A stretch of 64,000 nucleotides of DNA from an uncultured Alphaproteobacteria bacterium (GTDB lineage Bacteria > Pseudomonadota > Alphaproteobacteria > Rs-D84), in the NCBI GenBank assembly GCA_944390225.1, contig CALXPB010000001.1:85196-149195 (forward strand), written 5' to 3'. Positions 56,956 to 64,000 of the stretch are shown here, in pieces (positions within the stretch are counted from its first letter, which is position 1; every line of letters begins with the position of its first letter). The notes beneath the pieces are model-generated. The model was not told the origin of the DNA. It worked only from the letters and a program-made list of their open reading frames with translations, and ran no database searches. The translations under genes were made by a program, and so were the position numbers.

Positions 56956-57906
56956 ATGAAAAAACTAACAGCAGGTATTTTTGCAACATTATTAACAGTT
57001 GTAACTGTCGGGGTTGCAAATGCAGATATCGCATCAACAGCATGGGTTAGCAGTCAAATAGGTGAGGTTAATACAGGAGTAGATAATAAAATTGAAGGGG
57101 TACAGCAGGCAGTAAATGCGGACATAGCAGAATTAGACCAGCAAGTATTGGGTTTAGAATCTGAAGTAGAAACTTTTGGTACAGCGTTAACTGCGGCAGA
57201 TGGTAAAATAACCGCGGCAGAAAGTAAAATAACTACATTGGAAACAGAGGTTGGTAAGAAATTAGATAGCACGACAGCGTCTAATACATATGCAACGAAG
57301 ACGGCACTTGATGCTAAAGCAGACGCATCTGCCTTAACTGCATTGGAAACAGAGGTTGGTAAGAAATTAGATACCGCGACAGCGTCTGATACATATGCAA
57401 CGAAGACAGCACTTAATGCTAAAGCAAACGCATCGGATTTAACTACATTGGAAACAGAAGTTGAAGGTAAACAGGATAAATTAACTACAAACCAACTGGG
57501 TGCGGTAAATTCTGGTATTACAGCAACTAAAGTTTCTACTTATGATGGGTATAATTCAAAAATTACTACAGCAACGAACACAGCAAATACCGCAAAAACT
57601 GCGGCAGATGCAGCGACTGAGGCGGCAAATGCGGCAAAAACTGCGGCAGAAACAGCAACGAGCACAGCAGATGCGGCAAAAACTGCGGCAGAAACAGCAA
57701 CGAGCACAGCAAATGCGGCAAAAACTGCGGCAGATGCAGCAACTGAGGCGGCAGAAAATGCAGCAAATAGCGCAAGTAGTGCAGTTACTTCTGCAAGTAA
57801 GGCAATACCAAAACCAGCAGATACTGAGATTAATAGTGATGGTGTCTTTGTTTTGACATATAACGCCACTAATAAAGAGTATGCTTGGGAAAGGATTTCT
57901 AGATAA
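56956..57906 (+). CDS. Paralogous secreted repetitive fibrous protein (316 aa)
   Basis: Signal peptide plus 'ADIASTAWV'. It shares the 'AESKITTLETEVGKKLD', 'KADASALTALETEVG' and 'LETEVEGKQDKL' segments with the giant protein. The C-terminus has an Ala/Thr-rich 14-aa repeat region. Confidence 0.65.
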   Translation: MKKLTAGIFATLLTVVTVGVANADIASTAWVSSQIGEVNTGVDNKIEGVQQAVNADIAELDQQVLGLESEVETFGTALTAADGKITAAESKITTLETEVGKKLDSTTASNTYATKTALDAKADASALTALETEVGKKLDTATASDTYATKTALNAKANASDLTTLETEVEGKQDKLTTNQLGAVNSGITATKVSTYDGYNSKITTATNTANTAKTAADAATEAANAAKTAAETATSTADAAKTAAETATSTANAAKTAADAATEAAENAANSASSAVTSASKAIPKPADTEINSDGVFVLTYNATNKEYAWERISR

Positions 57907-57925
57907 TAAAAGGCTTGCTTGAATT

Positions 57926-57957
57926 TGTGTGCGGTAGAAAATAATACCGCACACAAA
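57926..57957 (+). terminator. Rho-independent terminator
   Basis: 'tgtgtgcggtagaaaataataccgcacaca' + A/T run. Confidence 0.6.
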
Positions 57958-58016
57958 AAAATAATGCTGGTGTAATTTTTATAATGAAATAAAAAAATTT
58001 TTTTGTTAAAATAAAG

Positions 58017-58262
58017 ATGATGAAAATGAAAAAAATATTTGTTGTTTCTTTGTTGACTGTGTTTGCTGTCGGAACGGCAAAGGCGGATATTGCATCAACT
58101 GCGTATGTGAACAAAAGTCTATCGGTTACTTCAACTGGTACTGGACCTGTTGTTACAAACGTTACTAATGCAGATGGAAAAATTTCTGTTACAAAAGGAC
58201 AAGTGCAAATACCTGTCGGCGGTGAAACTGCAACAAAACATGCAACAATATGGGTTGAATAA
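58017..58262 (+). CDS. Short third paralog (81 aa) carrying only the conserved N-terminal module
   Basis: Signal peptide plus 'ADIASTAYV', then a Thr/Val-rich beta segment. It is followed by the terminator 'aaatccaccgaatcggtggattttt'. Confidence 0.5.
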   Translation: MMKMKKIFVVSLLTVFAVGTAKADIASTAYVNKSLSVTSTGTGPVVTNVTNADGKISVTKGQVQIPVGGETATKHATIWVE

Positions 58263-58375
58263 AATCCACCGAATCGGTGGATTTTTCTTTGTTAAAATTT
58301 TTTAATTATATTTCTTATGCAACTTTTTTATTGACTGTTTGATTAAAAACTTTTTATGAAAAATAATTTTTTACC

Positions 58376-58951
58376 TTAAAATAGCGATATCAGACATACA
58401 CCTAATCCTGCCGCAATTATCGCAATAATCGTTAACGGCCAAAAGTATTTCTTTACTATTGTGTTGGCGCGCTCTTGAAAAAAATACAGCAATGTCGCAA
58501 TTATCCCAAAACGACCAGTCCTGAATATCGCAGAGACAAATAAAAATATCCACATCGGATAACCAATAAAACCAAGCCATATCGCAAGCAGTTTATATGG
58601 TATCGGTGTTACAGCAGTCAGTATAATTATTAAAATTCCATACTTGCTGAACATAGGTTTTATCGCCGTTTCTATCAAGTCTGGATTCGAAAATGTGTTT
58701 ATCAGCCATATACCAACAGAATCCCATAACCACGCACCAATAAGATACGCAATCGCACCGCCAACAATTGACCCCAGTGATGTCGCAACCGCAATCGGTA
58801 ATGCTCTTTTTTTATTCGCAATTATAGGAGGCGTCATAAATACTTCTGGTGGTATAAACAAAAATATCGATTCGCAGACCGTTAATATAAATACTATCCA
58901 TGAATATGCGCGACTTTCTGATTTCTGTAATATATATTCCGCAAACTTCAT
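58376..58951 (-). CDS. DedA/YqaA-family inner-membrane protein
   Basis: 191 aa, 4-5 TM. 'ESIFLFIPPEVFMTPPI' is a typical DedA-family motif. Confidence 0.55.
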   Translation of the reverse strand: MKFAEYILQKSESRAYSWIVFILTVCESIFLFIPPEVFMTPPIIANKKRALPIAVATSLGSIVGGAIAYLIGAWLWDSVGIWLINTFSNPDLIETAIKPMFSKYGILIIILTAVTPIPYKLLAIWLGFIGYPMWIFLFVSAIFRTGRFGIIATLLYFFQERANTIVKKYFWPLTIIAIIAAGLGVCLISLF

Positions 58952-59042
58952 CCTTTTTCTCCTTTGACGGTAAAAATTTTACTTGATTGTAATTAAATAT
59001 TTACTACTTTACAATTAATAAATACATATATGGATTATAAAT

Positions 59043-59402
59043 ATGATGAAAAAGCAGAATAACTCTAATCGCGCCGAACGGGTCGCAAGTAAAGTGCAAA
59101 CCTTGGTCGCAGAAATCTTGCGCGATAATTTCAGTGAAGATTTTTTACTCGCGGGCGTTTCTATCGTCGGTGCGGTTGCTCATGGAGGACTGCAATTCGT
59201 CAGACTGTTTTATTATTCGCGTAATGATGACGTCAAGGCGGTTCAGAAAAAACTGGACGATAATACAAAGACAATTCGTTTCGAACTGGCAAAACGTATG
59301 AATCAAAAATACGTACCTGAAATCAAATTTGAATATGACGATACTTTGGATAAAGCCACAAGAATCGATAAAATATTGCACGATTTAAACGCAAATAAGT
59401 AA
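59043..59402 (+). CDS. rbfA: Ribosome-binding factor A
   Basis: 119 aa. 'RAERVASKVQTLVAEILRD' is the RbfA KH-like N-terminus. Confidence 0.8.
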   Translation: MMKKQNNSNRAERVASKVQTLVAEILRDNFSEDFLLAGVSIVGAVAHGGLQFVRLFYYSRNDDVKAVQKKLDDNTKTIRFELAKRMNQKYVPEIKFEYDDTLDKATRIDKILHDLNANK

Positions 59403-59523
59403 CGGTAAACTTTACGCGTTTAAGTTCTGTTTCGTTTTGCTTGGTTCTTCTTGGTGGGGTAAAAAATGAATTGCAACTTCGTTTATACTGGTGTATCATT
59501 GCCACATAGTGTTGGAACTGGAT

Positions 59524-61320
59524 ATGAATCAGAAAAATATCAGAAATTTTGCAATTGTCGCTCATATCGATCATGGTAAATCAACCCTGTCAGATAGGTT
59601 AATTGAATTTACAGGTGGTTTACAGTCGCGTGAAATGAAGGCTCAGGTTTTAGATTCTATGGAAATAGAACGCGAACGCGGTATCACAATCAAGGCACAA
59701 ACTGTTCGGCTGAATTATAAAGCAAAAGACGGGCAGGTTTATCAACTGAATTTAATGGATACGCCCGGACATGTTGACTTTTCTTATGAAGTATCGCGCA
59801 GTCTGGCTGCATGTGAAGGGGCTTTGATATTAGTTGATGCAACCCAAGGGGTTCAGGCACAGACTTTGGCGAACGCTTATCTGGCGTTGGATAACGATTT
59901 AGAAATGTTGCCTGTGCTGAATAAAATTGATTTACCGTCCAGTGATGTTGACGCTGCTCGTGCGCAGATTGCTGATGTTATCGGATTAGACGCTCAAAAT
60001 GCTCTGTGCGTGTCGGGTAAAACCGGTGAAGGCGTGCCAGAATTGTTAGAGGAAATCGTTAAAAAACTTCCTTGTCCGCGTGGTGATGAGAATTTACCAA
60101 CGCGTGCGCTGTTGGTAGATTCTTGGTATGATTCTTACTTGGGCGTCGTGATACTGGTTCGAATCGTAGACGGTACTTTGCAACGAGGGCAGAAAATAAA
60201 ATTCATGGCAACCGGTGCAGAATATGTGGTTGAAAAAGTAGGTTTCTTTACGCCTAAGATGGTTGATGCGGATGAGTTATATACCGGTGAAGTCGGTTTC
60301 ATAATTACTGGTATGAAAACTATACACGACTGCAAGGTAGGCGATACCATCGTCGACGCAAAAAAAACAGCGACAGAACCACTGCCTGGGTTTAAACCTT
60401 CGGTTCCTGTTGTTTTTTCTTCTTTCTTTCCTGTGGAGGCAGACGACTATCCGAACCTGCGGGACGGAGCCGAAAAATTGGCTTTGAATGACGCTTCGTT
60501 CGTTTTTACAACCGAAAAGTCTTCTGCGCTGGGGTTCGGTTTGCGTTGCGGTTTCCTTGGACTTTTACATATGGAAATTATCAGTGAAAGATTGCGTCGC
60601 GAATTTAATCTGAGCCTGATAAATACTGTCCCCAGTGTGCTTTATAAGGTACATCTGCGCGATGGAAGTGTTCTGGATTTAGAAAACCCCGCAGATATGC
60701 CAGATCTGACTAAAATAGAGTCCATTGAAGAACCTTGGGTTCGTGCAACTATCATGATGCCGGATAAGTATATGGGCGGAATAATGTCGTTATGCTCGGA
60801 AAGACGCGGCGTCCAAGAAAATATTTCTTATGTCGGAAATAGGGCGGTCTTGGTATACTTGTTGCCTTTGGCGGAAATTGTGTTCGACTTTTATGACAGA
60901 GTAAAATCGTTGTCATCGGGGTATGCTTCGTTTGACTATGTGTTGCACGGTTATCAGACGTCCGATCTGGTAAAGGTTTCTATCTTGGTAAACGAAGAAA
61001 ATGTCGAACCTCTGTCTTTTATGTGCCACAGAAGTTCGGCTGAAAAACGCGGTAGGCAAATCGTAGAAAAACTGAAAGACTTAATCCCCAGACATCAATT
61101 TAAAATCCCTTTGCAGGCCGCAATCGGTGGCAAGATTATAGCGCGTGAAACTATCGCCGCATACCGCAAGGACGTTACTGCAAAGTGCTATGGCGGTGAC
61201 ATTACGCGTAAAAGAAAACTTCTTGAAAAACAGAAAGAAGGTAAAAAACGTATGCGGACTTTCGGAAATGTAGAAATTCCACAGTCTGCATTTATAAATG
61301 CTCTGAAAATTAACTCTTGA
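59524..61320 (+). CDS. lepA: Elongation factor 4 (LepA)
   Basis: GTPase motifs '[15 protein letters not shown]', '[10 protein letters not shown]' and 'LNKIDL', plus the LepA-specific C-terminal domain. The likely start is the Met at 59524. Confidence 0.9.
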   Translation: MNQKNIRNFAIVAHIDHGKSTLSDRLIEFTGGLQSREMKAQVLDSMEIERERGITIKAQTVRLNYKAKDGQVYQLNLMDTPGHVDFSYEVSRSLAACEGALILVDATQGVQAQTLANAYLALDNDLEMLPVLNKIDLPSSDVDAARAQIADVIGLDAQNALCVSGKTGEGVPELLEEIVKKLPCPRGDENLPTRALLVDSWYDSYLGVVILVRIVDGTLQRGQKIKFMATGAEYVVEKVGFFTPKMVDADELYTGEVGFIITGMKTIHDCKVGDTIVDAKKTATEPLPGFKPSVPVVFSSFFPVEADDYPNLRDGAEKLALNDASFVFTTEKSSALGFGLRCGFLGLLHMEIISERLRREFNLSLINTVPSVLYKVHLRDGSVLDLENPADMPDLTKIESIEEPWVRATIMMPDKYMGGIMSLCSERRGVQENISYVGNRAVLVYLLPLAEIVFDFYDRVKSLSSGYASFDYVLHGYQTSDLVKVSILVNEENVEPLSFMCHRSSAEKRGRQIVEKLKDLIPRHQFKIPLQAAIGGKIIARETIAAYRKDVTAKCYGGDITRKRKLLEKQKEGKKRMRTFGNVEIPQSAFINALKINS

Positions 61321-61334
61321 TAAAAGGATTTCGC

Positions 61335-61727
61335 ATGTTAAGAAATGTCGTTGCGTATTCTTTATCGGTTCCTTGGAAGAATATCTTAAATGATGTTAAA
61401 GAATACTTTAACTTGAAAAAAGATATAAGACGAAAAAAAGAATACTGCAGTAAAGCAAAGTTAGATTTGGTAAGTACTTTTAGTGAAAGAAATATTTCTT
61501 GCATAAAAGTGTTTAGATTACCGACAATAAACTGCGATAATGTTGAAAATTACCTTTCTTGTAACGAATTTGAAAGATGTAAATTTTTTGATGATAAAGT
61601 TTGTAAAGAAAAAAATTGTTTGTGGTTTAATAAAAATTTGGCTTATCATAAGGCTGAAAATGAATTGTTGTCGGCGATTTATAAAAAAAGAAATTTTTGG
61701 AATAAAAAAACTCTAAAATTAAAGTGA
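61335..61727 (+). CDS. Cys- and Lys-rich hypothetical protein (A/T-rich islet)
   Basis: About 131 aa with 9 Cys including CxxC-like spacing. RBS AAAAGGA. No known motif. Confidence 0.35.
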   Translation: MLRNVVAYSLSVPWKNILNDVKEYFNLKKDIRRKKEYCSKAKLDLVSTFSERNISCIKVFRLPTINCDNVENYLSCNEFERCKFFDDKVCKEKNCLWFNKNLAYHKAENELLSAIYKKRNFWNKKTLKLK

Positions 61728-61760
61728 AGTTAAATAAACAGGTAAAAAAAGGAGCTCAAT

Positions 61761-62288
61761 ATGGTTTTTGATAAAATTAAAGAAAATATGAAAAGACGTA
61801 AAGAAAATATGAAAAAACGTAAAGAAGAACGAGAAAAAAAACGAGAACAAGATCGAATCTTGTTTAATGAATATAATGTTTTAGTTAATGCATACGAAAA
61901 CGCAAAAAAGAAAGTCAAAGATGCAGAAGAAAATATAACTTGTTCATATATTATCAGAGAAACCGGTTTTGCTCAGGGTTGGGGGGAAGCTGAAATTTCG
62001 GGACCCTATATAAAAAACCAGGAAGTAACTTGTGATGAAAAAAAAATGAAAATATGTATAAGACTTGAACAGACTTCTGCATATATTCATTTTGCTCCGG
62101 AGTACTCACCTGGAATAAGCACAGAAACTTTTTATTGTCCTCATTTCGAAAAAGATTTATCTGAATGTGAAGGTTGTAAATTTATGGAAAAACGTAAAAA
62201 ATATCAGCAAGCATATGAGAATATGAAAAAGTGCGAAGAAATAAAAGAAAAATTCTGGAAAGAAAAAATCAATAATAGAAAAAAATAA
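61761..62288 (+). CDS. Lys/Glu-rich hypothetical protein with a central Cys cluster (A/T-rich islet)
   Basis: Strong RBS AAAAAAAGGAG. The N-terminal 'KRRKENMKKRKEEREKKREQDR' is a charged repeat. It has 'CEGCKF' and further Cys. Confidence 0.4.
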   Translation: MVFDKIKENMKRRKENMKKRKEEREKKREQDRILFNEYNVLVNAYENAKKKVKDAEENITCSYIIRETGFAQGWGEAEISGPYIKNQEVTCDEKKMKICIRLEQTSAYIHFAPEYSPGISTETFYCPHFEKDLSECEGCKFMEKRKKYQQAYENMKKCEEIKEKFWKEKINNRKK

Positions 62289-62329
62289 AAATTTTATGTT
62301 ATAAAATTTTTATAATAAAGAGATTTGAT

Positions 62330-63328
62330 ATGGCTCATCAGTTCTTCTTTAATCCTTTTATTCTGGATAATTTACCGGCACCAAATATGGGCTTTGATGT
62401 CGTGCAGGATATTTCTGAACCAAGATTAAGAATGTACATAACAAGTCGCGGTGTAAAAAGTTTCTTCGTAAGAAAAAGAATTCACGGTAAAGATAAAAGA
62501 ATCATAATTGGAAATTACCCTGATGTTGATATTGAATCAGCCAGATCCGCCGTGCCAGAAATTCTGGAAGAAGCAACAAAAAAACAACCCGTCCGACATA
62601 GAAAAATTTTAATGCGAAAGTTTTTGGATTTGTATCTGGCTAATCGTGTTCGACGTAGCGGCTATTCTTATGATAAATTGGAACGGTCTATTAATAAGCA
62701 TATTAAACCGTTGTTTGAAAAGTACGTTTCAGAAATATCGTCTGATGATGTTGCGTTGCTAATCAACGAAATACAAGGGCGCGCAATTGCCGGACGTATG
62801 CAAGAGTTATTACAAAGCGTTTTTAAATATGCTATTGATATGGGGTATGTAAAACAAAATCCAGTTGTAAATTTACCAAAAGTGGAACAAAAAAGGCGCG
62901 TTCGGCCGCTGAATAAATTCGGTCTTAATAAATTGCACGCGATAGTTGTTAAAGAAAAACCTTCTGTTTTACGAGCCACTTTTTTAATGCTGATATATGG
63001 TTTTTTGCCTAAGTCTAAAATTTTTTCTATGCAATGGAAAGACTTAGACTTTAATCATTACATGTGGTGTGATTGGCCTCTGTCGGATGCGGCAGTTACT
63101 TTGTTGCAAGATTTGCCACAGGATTCTAGGTGGGTCTTTCCAGGTAGGGGAAGAGGACATCTGACAGACCCAAGATTAGCTTGGAAGCACATCGCAGAAA
63201 AAGCAGGTATACCTAATCTGACAATGGACGATGTGCATAAATTCTTAACAAGAAAATTGGTGTGGGCATCCGATAAAGAGGAACTTAGAGAAAATATGAA
63301 CACGGTCATAAACGAAATAATAATTTAA
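62330..63328 (+). pseudogene. Degenerate tyrosine-integrase-like protein (P4-type arm-binding N-domain and SAM-like core domain retained; catalytic C-terminus eroded)
   Basis: The N-terminal 'EPRLRMYITSRGVKSFFVRKRIHGKDKRIIIGNYPDVDIESARSAV' matches the DUF4102 integrase N-domain, followed by a phage-integrase SAM-like core region. The catalytic domain lacks the conserved Arg in box I and the terminal nucleophilic Tyr. At 332 aa it is short. Confidence 0.5.
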
Positions 63329-63460
63329 AATCTATATTTTTATTTGATGACTTTTGTTATTGTTTGTTATAATTTCTTGACACTGTCTGCATAAAATGAT
63401 AGGTTTTATAAATGACGCCCGTGTTCGGGCCACAAATTTAACTTAAACAAAGGATATAAA

Positions 63461-63694
63461 ATGACAACTTTTGAAAAAGTAAAAAAAATTGTAACCGAGA
63501 AATTGGGCGTTCCAGAAGCCGAGGTAACAGAAGAAGCTTCTTTCATTAACGATTTGGGCGCTGATTCTCTGGACGTTGTTGAATTTATTATGGAAGTTGA
63601 AAAAGAATTTGATATCACCATTTCTGATGAAGATGCTACAAAATTGGCAACAGTTGGTGATGCTGTTAAATATATTGAGGCTCATCAGAAATAA
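63461..63694 (+). CDS. acpP: Acyl carrier protein
   Basis: 77 aa. '[13 protein letters not shown]' is the phosphopantetheine attachment site (DSL). Confidence 0.95.
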   Translation: MTTFEKVKKIVTEKLGVPEAEVTEEASFINDLGADSLDVVEFIMEVEKEFDITISDEDATKLATVGDAVKYIEAHQK

Positions 63695-63723
63695 TTTTAA
63701 TGGTGAAACTTTGATGAAAAATT

Positions 63724-63757
63724 AAAATCCGTTGCTCTTATCGTGCAACGGATTTTT
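63724..63757 (+). terminator. Rho-independent terminator after acpP
   Basis: 'aaatccgttgctcttatcgtgcaacggattttttt'. Confidence 0.7.
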
Positions 63758-63826
63758 TTCTGTACGTTCGGTCATAAACAAGATATTATATAGATATGTA
63801 ATAAATTTTTATAAAGGATTTTAAGT

Positions 63827-64000
63827 ATGAAAAGAGTTGTTATTACGGGTATGGGTATCGTGTCACCAGTTGGTACGGGTGTCGAATATGCTTGGAAAAA
63901 TATAGTTAATGGAGTTTCTGGTATTCGTAAAATTGATACGTTTGACGTTTCTGATTTATCGTCTCAGATTGCGGGTTTGCCGATAGTTGGTACGGAACCA
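63827..64000 (+). CDS. fabF: 3-oxoacyl-ACP synthase II, N-terminal fragment (continues beyond the window)
   Basis: 'MKRVVITGMGIVSPVGTGVEYAWKNIVNGVSGIRKID' is the canonical KAS II N-terminus. It lies directly downstream of acpP. Confidence 0.85.
   Translation, partial: MKRVVITGMGIVSPVGTGVEYAWKNIVNGVSGIRKIDTFDVSDLSSQIAGLPIVGTEP

Noticed and set aside
57540-57956. Gln/Arg-rich and Cys-rich ORFs on both strands
   Set aside because: They are alternative-frame or antisense readings of the Ala/Thr-codon repeat region (gcggcaaaaactgcggcagaaacagca...) of the 316-aa paralog.

Overview
This 64 kb window comes from a low-GC (about 30–35%) proteobacterial chromosome. Gene content is alphaproteobacterial with a Rickettsiales-like or Holosporales-like flavour, but that is inferred from gene content alone. 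The housekeeping backbone is dense: recJ-nrnA-lolA-tatB-tatC, miaB, gatCAB, ruvX, sufBC, rpsT, plsY, dprA, dnaA, parE, dnaJ, pgsA, uvrC, dnaN, ppa, efp, fba, tolB, plsC, ftsEX, pal, rbfA, lepA, acpP, fabF and two tRNAs. Most convergent gene pairs are followed by clean rho-independent terminators. Several accessory or unusual loci stand out from this backbone. (1) A TcpQ-like protein is immediately followed by a lipoprotein secretin. This looks like a type IVb pilus outer-membrane module without adjacent ATPase or platform genes, and a lone type IV prepilin gene lies 12 kb away. (2) A family of three paralogous secreted fibrous proteins (1468, 316 and 81 aa) shares a signal peptide plus 'ADIASTAW/YV' N-terminus. 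They also carry a collagen-like G-X-Y stretch and extensive near-identical intragenic and intergenic DNA repeats, which are candidate variable surface fibres or adhesins. (3) A tightly overlapping two-gene cassette pairs a ribbon-helix-helix protein with an unknown 312-aa protein, with palindromic operator-like sites upstream. It is a candidate toxin-antitoxin or defence module. (4) An A/T-rich islet between lepA and acpP holds two Cys/Lys-rich orphan proteins and a degenerate P4-type integrase. (5) A stress islet holds oleate hydratase, a Dps-like protein and a Cu/Zn-SOD-like lipoprotein. (6) A VirB2/TrbC-type T4SS pilin gene sits next to a Cys-rich lipoprotein. (7) An autotransporter-like outer membrane gene is split by a frameshift. 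All calls rest on reading the translated ORFs and the DNA directly. No database searches were run.
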